From IMG/VR virus record IMGVR_UViG_3300033416_000001, positions 7,649 through 71,648 of that record: a stretch of DNA of 64,000 bases; one strand, 5' to 3'. The notes under the pieces are model-generated. The model had not been told where the DNA came from, ran no database searches, and saw only the letters and a list, made by a program, of their open reading frames with translations. The position numbers and the translations under genes are program-made. Each line of letters starts with the position of its first letter. Position 1 is the first letter of the stretch. The DNA comes from a virus. Taxonomy: Duplodnaviria; Caudoviricetes. Positions 8,146 to 14,952 of this stretch are shown in pieces.

Positions 8146-8787
8146 TCAAAATAGGTATTGTTGCGCGGCATGATCTAGTCCGCGGTCCCGAATCACCAAC
8201 CATACAATTGCTTGCACTTGGCAAGGTCTGAGCTCCAATCCAACCGCGACACGTTGAAAAGCCGAGCGAATCAACGCATAGGTTTTTTCAGTAGGGTGCG
8301 TTGCGTTTTGCTGCAAAAGAACCGCGCGCGCGATCCAGCGATCGATTGTAACATCCTGGCTATGATCCGGGTCTAGAATGTTGTCGAAAAACGCGCGTGT
8401 TTTGCGCGCGGATTCTAGACCAATCAACCGTAGAATCTCAGACCGCGGGGCACTTGGAGGCAATCGTAGAATGAGAAAAGCTTTTTGTTTCTGAGGATTG
8501 TATGTCGACACTTGGATATCTTCCGGTTCTAGACCGGAAACAAACGCGCGTATAACCGTCTCAGAATCGACAACGTTTTGTTCCCAATTGCAACCGGGCG
8601 ATAGTGTAGCAATAACCGCACAAACGCGGTCTAGAGGCACACTATAATCGATCGCTAGACCTTCCGCGATTGTATGAGCAATCGAATACCAGTAGACACC
8701 TTCAGACCGTACTCTAGAAGTAGCCAATTGCAACCAACCATATATAACCTTTTCGCAATAGCTGGGATCAAGATTTTCCAGTATCAT
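8146..8787 (-). CDS. phage protein with probable HhH-GPD DNA-glycosylase-like fold
   Basis: ATG 8787 behind AGGAGG; motifs WY..A, AVIATLSPGCNWEQN, KA..I, KTRAFFDNI, VTIDRW, P.QVQAIVW typical of a widespread phage early family. Confidence 0.6.
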   Translation of the reverse strand: MILENLDPSYCEKVIYGWLQLATSRVRSEGVYWYSIAHTIAEGLAIDYSVPLDRVCAVIATLSPGCNWEQNVVDSETVIRAFVSGLEPEDIQVSTYNPQKQKAFLILRLPPSAPRSEILRLIGLESARKTRAFFDNILDPDHSQDVTIDRWIARAVLLQQNATHPTEKTYALIRSAFQRVAVGLELRPCQVQAIVWLVIRDRGLDHAAQQYLF

Positions 8788-8814
8788 TTTGCAGCCTCCT
8801 ACTAAGATAGTCTG

Positions 8815-8845
8815 AGGCTCCTGGAGTATCAGGCTCCAGGAGCCT
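8815..8845. repeat. intergenic palindrome, copy A
   Basis: AGGCTCCTGGAG-N7-CTCCAGGAGCCT, perfect 12-bp stem; near-identical to 9197..9227 in opposite orientation. Confidence 0.8.
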
Positions 8846-8851
8846 GTCAAC

Positions 8852-9163
8852 TTAGACAAAATGAGCCTGAGCCTGTTCCAGGCTCCAGAGAACAGCCTCC
8901 TGTTCAAGTGCTGCCTTGACGTATGCACAAATAGCCTGAGCCTGAGCCTGAGCCTGATCAACCTGATCAGCCTCGACATAGGTGAACAGTATACTGTTCT
9001 GATCCTCAAACTTTTGGCCATTGGCAGCAAACCATATCCCAGTACAATCTTGTATAGTGCAGCCTCCAAAAGCCTGGGCTAAGAGTCTGGCAGCCTCAGC
9101 CAAAACCTCAGGCTTTTGTACTCCTGCATTTGTGGATTTTGGAACAAAAATGCTAAGTTTCAT
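8852..9163 (-). CDS. ferredoxin-like (DUF3574/PII-like) protein, candidate SAM lyase
   Basis: ATG 9163 behind AGGAGGTG; pattern GGCTIQDCTGIWF...FED.NSIL...ALEQEAVL...AHFV. Confidence 0.55.
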   Translation of the reverse strand: MKLSIFVPKSTNAGVQKPEVLAEAARLLAQAFGGCTIQDCTGIWFAANGQKFEDQNSILFTYVEADQVDQAQAQAQAICAYVKAALEQEAVLWSLEQAQAHFV

Positions 9164-9196
9164 CTTAATCACCTCCTGTTCATCTGAGATGACCGC

Positions 9197-9227
9197 GGGC
9201 TCCAGGAGCCTGATCCTCCTGGAGCCC
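9197..9227. repeat. intergenic palindrome, copy B
   Basis: GGGCTCCAGGAG-N7-CTCCTGGAGCCC, perfect 12-bp stem. Confidence 0.8.
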
Positions 9228-9239
9228 GGAGCCTATTGT

Positions 9240-9689
9240 CTATTCCTCCTCGTACCACGACTTGACAGCCTCTGCCTCATTCTCAGCCTGATCAGCAGCA
9301 GCACGAGCCTCAGCAGCACGAGCCTCAGCAGCATCAGCCAGGAGTCTGAGCCTGGCAGCACGAGCCTGGAGCCTGTTCAGCCTGGCAGCACGAGCCTCAG
9401 CACGAGCCTCAGCAAAATCAGCCTCAGCCTTTTCAGCCTCCTGCTCCTCAGCATGATACTGAGCCTGGGCAGCATGATACTGAGCCTGGGCAGCCTCCTG
9501 AGCAAGAGCAGCAGCCTGGAGCCTGACAGCAGCAGCCTCCTCAGCCTCAAGAGCAGCAGCCTCCTCAGCCTCAAGAGCAGCAGCCTCCTCAGCAGCATCA
9601 GCCTGGAGCCTGACAGCCCGGTCAGCCTGAGACTCAAACGTCTTGATTAGTCTATAGTGATCGCCTACATGAGCCTGGTTGGTTTGCAT
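9240..9689 (-). CDS. acidic Ala/Glu-rich repetitive helical protein
   Basis: 149 aa, RBS AGGAGG, internal repeats (AEEAAALE x2-3, AQAQYHA x2); first gene after promoter copy 4. Confidence 0.65.
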   Translation of the reverse strand: MQTNQAHVGDHYRLIKTFESQADRAVRLQADAAEEAAALEAEEAAALEAEEAAAVRLQAAALAQEAAQAQYHAAQAQYHAEEQEAEKAEADFAEARAEARAARLNRLQARAARLRLLADAAEARAAEARAAADQAENEAEAVKSWYEEE

Positions 9690-9744
9690 TTTGTAGCCTC
9701 CTGTTTGTATTCAGGCTCCTGAGCAGCAGCAGCCTGGTATAAAT

Positions 9745-9807
9745 AGCATAGCACGCGAATATGAACAGAATATGTAAATGTTCGTGTAGTACGTTACAGT
9801 TTGTTCA
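9745..9807 (-). promoter_or_regulatory. conserved leftward promoter/operator, copy 4
   Basis: Minus strand TGAACAAACTGTAA-N26-TGTTCAT-N10-TATGCT. Confidence 0.8.
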
Positions 9808-9847
9808 TGTTTCATACGGTGGACCGTGTTTTGTTTCGCATAGCATG

Positions 9848-9861
9848 TTACAGTTTATTCA
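9848..9861 (-). promoter_or_regulatory. extra isolated copy of the upstream box
   Basis: Minus strand TGAATAAACTGTAA, one mismatch to the box in copies 2 and 4. Confidence 0.6.
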
Positions 9862-9873
9862 TACTGGGCTGAT

Positions 9874-10026
9874 CCAGAGCCCAGAGCCCAGAGCCCAGAG
9901 CCTGGAGCCTGGAGCCTGGAGCCTGGAGCCTGGAGCCCAGAGCCTGGAGCCCAGAGCCCAGAGCCCAGAGCCTGGAGCCTGGAGCCTGGAGCCTGGAGCC
10001 TGGAGCCTGGAGCCTGGAGCCCAGAG
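9874..10026. repeat. tandem heptamer array of CCAGAGC and CTGGAGC units
   Basis: 21 complete units (8 CCAGAGC, 13 CTGGAGC) in order AAAABBBBBABAAABBBBBBB plus a partial unit. Confidence 0.95.
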
Positions 10027-10121
10027 AAAAAACATCGAGCCCCAGGCCCCCCGGTCGCGATGTTGGTGTAGCCCAACTCTGCCTCCTAGCGCATCCATAC
10101 GACTCGTCCCTTACGTCACAT

Positions 10122-10150
10122 TTGACAAATCTGCGCATTTGTGATACAAG
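10122..10150 (+). promoter_or_regulatory. rightward sigma70-type promoter
   Basis: TTGACA (10122-27), 17-nt spacer ending TGa, TACAAG (10145-50). Confidence 0.6.
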
Positions 10151-10160
10151 GTAAGTGTCA

Positions 10161-10328
10161 TCCAGGGGCATCCCCCTCCAATCGTAACAATCCCCTGGGA
10201 GGCAGGTAGGGTAGCAGTGAGGGCTGCGCGTCATTAAGACGTAGGGTGAGGCTGAATGGCCTCCCGACCGCCGGCAAGACCAGGCGAAAATCGGGCAGCA
10301 TCACACACCAGAGCGACCTGACCTACCC
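10161..10328 (+). ncRNA. structured RNA domain 1 (hairpin plus four-way junction)
   Basis: CCAGGGG/CCCCTGG; GGTAGG/CCTACC enclosing GCTGC/GCAGC, which encloses GCGTC/GACGT, GAGGC/GCCTC and CCGA/TCGG with inner CGCC/GGCG; no credible ORF. Confidence 0.55.
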
Positions 10329-10331
10329 GAT

Positions 10332-10501
10332 GGCGCGGGCGGCGTGGATAGCACACGCGCACAGACAACGGTGTCCCACGTATGGTCGTGCAAGCGCACT
10401 CGGCAGGCGAGCGACGCGAAGTGGCTTGGAGTTGCGACCCAGGCTGTCCGAGTAGCGGGTGCCTCAGAATGGGAATTGCCGGATCAATCCGGCCCCGCGC
10501 C
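10332..10501 (+). ncRNA. tRNA-like RNA with greatly expanded variable region
   Basis: Acceptor GGCGCGGG/CCCGCGCC, D-like arm GCGTG/CACGC, T-like arm GCCGG-ATCAAT-CCGGC stacked on acceptor, internal 12-bp stem. Confidence 0.65.
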
Positions 10502-10520
10502 TCCTTAGGAGAAAAGCATC

Positions 10521-11000
10521 ATGATAGTCACACAAGACGGGTATCGAGATGGCGACATAGCTATGATCCGCTCGCGGGCGGCCATTGTCCCGCTCAGCGA
10601 ATATGACCATGCTGCGCTCATCTGGTTCAGGCGTGGTATCTGGTACACTATCGAGGCCGGAGCGAGTGGTGTCAAGGTGTGGAAGGGTCCCCACTGGGGC
10701 AGACCGTTCGATGTGTTCCGACCCAACAACACTAGCGCCGAGGCAGGCAAGGTCGCCATCGATGCAGCCCTTGCGCGCGTCGGAGAAAGCTACTCGTTCT
10801 GGAATTTGCTCATCGTCATTCGCAAAATGCTCGCGCGGCGAGTAATCAACGCACAAGCAGTTGTATGCACCGAGTTAGTCGCGCAAGCGTGGGCTGCGGC
10901 AGGCGTACAACTTTGCCCAGGGAACCTACACCCGACGCCCACGGAACTGGCCTGGGGGCTTGTAGACATTGATTGCCGGGATAGCTTTATCCACGTATGA
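10521..11000 (+). CDS. permuted papain-like amidase (YaeF/YiiX, peptidase C92)
   Basis: GDI, HAAL, TIEA..GV, G..Y, CTELVAQAWAAAG and P.P..L in the permuted His-before-Cys order. Confidence 0.8.
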   Translation: MIVTQDGYRDGDIAMIRSRAAIVPLSEYDHAALIWFRRGIWYTIEAGASGVKVWKGPHWGRPFDVFRPNNTSAEAGKVAIDAALARVGESYSFWNLLIVIRKMLARRVINAQAVVCTELVAQAWAAAGVQLCPGNLHPTPTELAWGLVDIDCRDSFIHV

Positions 11001-11596
11001 ACAATTTCCCTGAGGCCCCCAAGACCGACATAGAGGTCATCGAGAACTCGCCGCACAAGGAAGAAATATTTGCCAAGCTCCTCAGCGGCTGGAGCCCGGC
11101 CAGAATCGTATACTGGATGTACAATCGCTATGGCAAAACGGGCATCACCATCACCGAAGTGCTGCAGTTTGCCCGGGCCATTCCCGAGGATATGTGGCTG
11201 GAGTCATCCAAGCTAGACGCCAAGTTCCACGGCATCGACATCGAGCTAGACGCCATCACCGAAATGCACCGTGTCCTGCGCTTTGCCAAGAGCCGGCTGG
11301 ATGACGCGCTCCTCCTGGAGGGCGCCACAACAACTACGCACGAAGAGGTGGTCGAGCGCCGGGCGCGGCTCTACTGGTCAATGCTCATGGACTTTGGCAA
11401 ATTGGCCGCAGCTAGTGGGATCCTCGTGCCGGAGACCGTTATCCTGCCAAGCAAGCCCAACGCGCGGGTCAGACTGCGCGATGTCGTGGCGCAGAGAAAG
11501 CGCATCATTGCCGAGCAGACCGACTACACCGTACCGGCAGACGCCATAGACGGCGAGTTTGACGAGGTGTCGGAACTGCCGGCAGGAAAGGAGTAA
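10997..11596 (+). CDS. probable terminase small subunit
   Basis: N-terminal HTH-like segment (LLSGWSPARIVYWM), helical body, position just upstream of TerL. Confidence 0.6.
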   Translation: MNNFPEAPKTDIEVIENSPHKEEIFAKLLSGWSPARIVYWMYNRYGKTGITITEVLQFARAIPEDMWLESSKLDAKFHGIDIELDAITEMHRVLRFAKSRLDDALLLEGATTTTHEEVVERRARLYWSMLMDFGKLAAASGILVPETVILPSKPNARVRLRDVVAQRKRIIAEQTDYTVPADAIDGEFDEVSELPAGKE

Positions 11597-11597
11597 T

Positions 11598-11957
11598 ATG
11601 AGCGCAGAAGAGTCGGAGAGCCTCCTCAGGTTTCTTCTCGTTATATTGGCCATCACCGCGATATTTTTCGCGGGAGTAGTAATCGGCGCCAAGGCACAAT
11701 ACACCCTCTACCTGCCCCTGGTGCTCTGGACGCCACCTAGCTCGCTCTGGGATCTGAACCATGATTGCATCGTGGATTACGCTGACACCCTGCTCATTAT
11801 CTGGCATTATAAGTGCATCCGCGGACAAGCGTGCTATGCTAAGGCGTGGGACTTTGACGGCGATGGCGAGAACTGCATCCACGATGTAAGCCGGGTGTTC
11901 AAGCACGAAAACTCGACATCCTGGCCCTGTCCCGCAGGAGAATACAATGCCCGATAA
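11598..11957 (+). CDS. membrane/secreted protein with dockerin-like duplicated Ca-binding motif
   Basis: ATG 11598; TM/signal segment, YLPLVL motif, DLNHDCIVDYAD and DFDGDGENCIHD. Confidence 0.65.
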   Translation: MSAEESESLLRFLLVILAITAIFFAGVVIGAKAQYTLYLPLVLWTPPSSLWDLNHDCIVDYADTLLIIWHYKCIRGQACYAKAWDFDGDGENCIHDVSRVFKHENSTSWPCPAGEYNAR

Positions 11958-12096
11958 ACATGAGGACAATGACGCACTCATCCTGGCCGTTATCTTTATG
12001 GTCGCCGTAGCCCTGGTCACCATCGCTATCCAGGTGGGCCTGACCGCCCGCACCTGGGCCTACCTGTCACGCATCGAGGGGCTCTTGAGCCAGTGA
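11947..12096 (+). CDS. small single-TM protein (49 aa)
   Basis: Read by hand: MPDKHEDNDALILAVIFMVAVALVTIAIQVG...; RBS AGGAG; stop overlaps TerL start. Confidence 0.6.
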   Translation: MPDKHEDNDALILAVIFMVAVALVTIAIQVGLTARTWAYLSRIEGLLSQ

Positions 12097-13925
12097 GACT
12101 CTCTACCCAGCAGGAAGAACTCGTCCGTACCTACCTGTGCAAGAACCTCCGCGCCGAGGAGCTTGCCGCGGGACACTTCCTTGATCGCCTCGACGATCAG
12201 GATGTGCGCATGGGTCTGGCCGAAATCGACCTGGAGTTCTTCAATCGCTTCTACTTAGCCCAGCACTTCAACCTCCCGCCCGCCCCCATTCACCGTGTAT
12301 TGACCAAAAAACTGCAGAACCTGCTCGAAACGCCCGGCAGGCGCAACGGCGTCTATGTCATGCCCCGCGGCCACGCCAAAACAACCATCGCCACCCTCGG
12401 CCTCCCCCTCTGGTGCACCGCTTTTCGCAAAAGAACGCATATTCCCATCATCTCCGACTCGTTCGACCAGGCCAAAGACCAACTTGAGACGATTAAGCTG
12501 GAATTGGAAGAAAATGACCTGTTTTGTGAAGATTTCGGCGAATTGCGAGGCGAAACATGGCAAGCTGCGGATATTATGACCAAAAACCGCGTCAGAATAC
12601 GTGCTTTGGGCCAGGGAATGAAGGTCAGAGGCCGAAAAGTAGGCCGCGAGAGGCCAGACCTCATCGTTGTCGACGATATAGAAGAAATCGAAGGCGTACA
12701 GAGCCCTGTTCAGCGCGAACAACTGCGCCGTTGGTTCCGCGGATCACTCATGCGCTCGGGCTGGCGCGACACCAAAGTGGTCGTCATCGGTAACCTGCTG
12801 CACCACGACTGCCTCCTGGCCAACCTGTTGAAGAACCCACTGTTCGACTCTGTTGTGTTTAAGGCCCTGGAGGCTTACCCCGTCCGCGCCGACCTATGGA
12901 GCCAGTGGCGCGGCCTCGTCACTGACCTCTCCAACCCGAACAAAGAGAAGGCTGGCCACCAATTCTATGAGCAGCACCGGGCCGAGATGGACGAGGGCGC
13001 CAAGGTCGCCTGGCCCGACGCTATGCCGCTCTACGATCTTATGCTCGTTCAGGTGTCCGAAGGCGAGTATTCCTTCAATATGGAGTTGCAGAACGACCCC
13101 AAGGATCCTAACCGCCAGTTGTTTACCGCTTATCAGACCTACCGCTCCGAAGTGCGCGATGGTAACGAGGTGTGGATCGTGCCGCTGAACGGCAGGCCAG
13201 CCTGCAAACTGTCCGATTGCCTGATCTTTGGATTCACCGACCCGTCCCTGGGCGAGAGCAGCCGCGCTACCAAGTCCGCTATCGCCATCGTCGCCAAACT
13301 GCCCTATGGCACCATGGTGTCACTGGAGTCGGACGCCAAGATCCGGCCCCCCCACGAGATCATGAAGGCGCAGGACGCCTGGGCCATGACCTACCGCATC
13401 CTCATGTGGGGTATCGAAAAAGTGCAGTTCCAGGCCCTGTTCGCTACCCGCTCCTCCGAGATCAGCGCCGAGAGAGGTATCTATCTACCTATCGCCGCCA
13501 TTCCACAGTCGGAGAACAAAGACCTCCGTATCCAGAGCCTGCAGCCCGACCTGGAAAACGGGTACCTGCTGTTGCCCGAGCACGGCCAGGAGGAGCTCAA
13601 ACAAGAGTTGGCCGAGTGGCCCACCGGGGCCTACAAAGACGCCGCCGACGCCCTGGAGGGTGCCCGCACCATGGCCAAGCGGTGGAAGCCCATCATCGGC
13701 GCGGAGAGCGTGCAGGCCGAGGTGTACCAGTTCAGCAAGGAGCAGCGGCGGGACGCCCGCCCGGGCGAGAGCAACGACCCCTACGCCGAGTGGGATGCCC
13801 TGGCCGACGAAAAGCTGCGCGAGCTGCGGGCTGCACGCGAGGTCGAGCGCGAGGCACCTCTGCCGATGTCTACGGGAGATCTGCTCGCCAAGGTTGTGCG
13901 TGTTGGCGACGGGACGCAGTTGTGA
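12093..13925 (+). CDS. terL: terminase large subunit
   Basis: Walker A PRGHAKTT, RPDLIVVDDIE Walker B, VIGNLLH motif, C-terminal RNase H-like DPS...DAADA. Confidence 0.95.
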   Translation: MRLSTQQEELVRTYLCKNLRAEELAAGHFLDRLDDQDVRMGLAEIDLEFFNRFYLAQHFNLPPAPIHRVLTKKLQNLLETPGRRNGVYVMPRGHAKTTIATLGLPLWCTAFRKRTHIPIISDSFDQAKDQLETIKLELEENDLFCEDFGELRGETWQAADIMTKNRVRIRALGQGMKVRGRKVGRERPDLIVVDDIEEIEGVQSPVQREQLRRWFRGSLMRSGWRDTKVVVIGNLLHHDCLLANLLKNPLFDSVVFKALEAYPVRADLWSQWRGLVTDLSNPNKEKAGHQFYEQHRAEMDEGAKVAWPDAMPLYDLMLVQVSEGEYSFNMELQNDPKDPNRQLFTAYQTYRSEVRDGNEVWIVPLNGRPACKLSDCLIFGFTDPSLGESSRATKSAIAIVAKLPYGTMVSLESDAKIRPPHEIMKAQDAWAMTYRILMWGIEKVQFQALFATRSSEISAERGIYLPIAAIPQSENKDLRIQSLQPDLENGYLLLPEHGQEELKQELAEWPTGAYKDAADALEGARTMAKRWKPIIGAESVQAEVYQFSKEQRRDARPGESNDPYAEWDALADEKLRELRAAREVEREAPLPMSTGDLLAKVVRVGDGTQL

Positions 13926-13937
13926 TAGGAATGCCCC

Positions 13938-14213
13938 ATGACAACCGCGAGCGCCGTCAAAAAGTACCGCGATGCGGGCCTGTGCCGCGCTTGCAAGAAG
14001 TATAACCCGGCGGCAATCGACAATTGCGAGGTAGAGCAAGAACTGTATGAGTTGTGCCGGAACAACGGGATCATCGCGTCGGTCTGGCACTGCAACGATT
14101 TCGAGCCCGTGGAGGAACGTAATGCCGGACAACCAGGTCCAAATCATCATGCCCGTCTATCGCGCGTTCACTCTGGCCAAGGCCGCCATCCAGAGCTGCT
14201 TATCCCTGACTGA
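13938..14213 (+). CDS. small Cys-motif hypothetical protein
   Basis: CRAC...C...WHC; 3' end overlaps the next gene by about 90 nt. Confidence 0.5.
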   Translation: MTTASAVKKYRDAGLCRACKKYNPAAIDNCEVEQELYELCRNNGIIASVWHCNDFEPVEERNAGQPGPNHHARLSRVHSGQGRHPELLIPD

Positions 14214-14952
14214 GTGGCCCTTCCACCTATGGGTGGCAGATGATTGCAGCCACGACGCAGAACTGGATAATTACTTACGCCGCCTCCCGGTCAATATGGT
14301 CTCCACCTACCGCGCCGAACGCCGCCGTGGGTTTGGCGACCTGTGCAATTATATGGCCAATCAGCAGGCCAAGACGGGGCCGCTCTGCTTTCTGAACTCC
14401 GACACCCAGGCCATGCCCTTTTGGCTAACACACATGATGAGGGCCATGCTCGCCGATGACAAGATCGGCGTCGTTGGCGCCAAGTTGCTTTACCCGCCGG
14501 AACGCGCCGAGCGAGCTTACAAGATTCAGCATTGTGGCGTGGCCCGCGACAAGACCGGCTCTCCTTATCACATTTGGCGGGACAAAGAGTACAATTACCC
14601 GCCAACGCTTGTCGATCGCTATGTGAACGCGATCACAGGCGCATGTATGCTCGTGCGGCGGGAATGCTGGACGAACCTGCACGGATTCGACCGCGCCTAT
14701 GAATTTTGCCAGTTTGAGGACGTCGACTTTTGCTGGAGAGCCCGCAGAGCGGGGTGGAAGGTGTACTTGTCAACCCGCGCGGTTTTGCTCCATTATGAGC
14801 ATGGTACCGGGGAGGCGTTTGCCTATCAAAAGCATGACCACAACCGCGCGATACTCTTACAACGATGGGCCGGGCTCGATTCGGATGAGGCCATGTTTGA
14901 TTCGGAGGGCGTCAATGCTGTCGGTGATTATCCCGGTCTACAACCGGCATGA
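14122..14952 (+). CDS. glycosyltransferase family 2
   Basis: ATG 14122; IIMPVY, VADDCS, FLNSDT, VNAITGACMLV, FEDVDFC. Confidence 0.9.
   Translation: MPDNQVQIIMPVYRAFTLAKAAIQSCLSLTEWPFHLWVADDCSHDAELDNYLRRLPVNMVSTYRAERRRGFGDLCNYMANQQAKTGPLCFLNSDTQAMPFWLTHMMRAMLADDKIGVVGAKLLYPPERAERAYKIQHCGVARDKTGSPYHIWRDKEYNYPPTLVDRYVNAITGACMLVRRECWTNLHGFDRAYEFCQFEDVDFCWRARRAGWKVYLSTRAVLLHYEHGTGEAFAYQKHDHNRAILLQRWAGLDSDEAMFDSEGVNAVGDYPGLQPA

Noticed and set aside
8146-9069. 307-aa version of the HhH-like ORF
   Set aside because: The upstream extension overlaps the 8852..9163 gene and a palindrome; a strong RBS supports the start at 8787
1660-9807. LexA/SOS box reading of the GAAC/GTTC-containing motif
   Set aside because: No GAAC-N4-GTTC palindrome at the correct spacing in any of the four copies
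9874-10026. CRISPR array
   Set aside because: Contiguous 7-bp units, no unique spacers, no cas genes
9848-10234. ORFs translated through the heptamer array (e.g. 9761..10144 +, 9848..10234 -)
   Set aside because: A 7-nt period gives frame-cycling low-complexity peptides with no RBS; they overlap promoters
10332-10501. Canonical tRNA or tmRNA
   Set aside because: No 7-nt anticodon loop, 6-nt T-loop lacking TTC, no U8/A14, no CCA, no G3:U70 pair or tag ORF; kept only as tRNA-like
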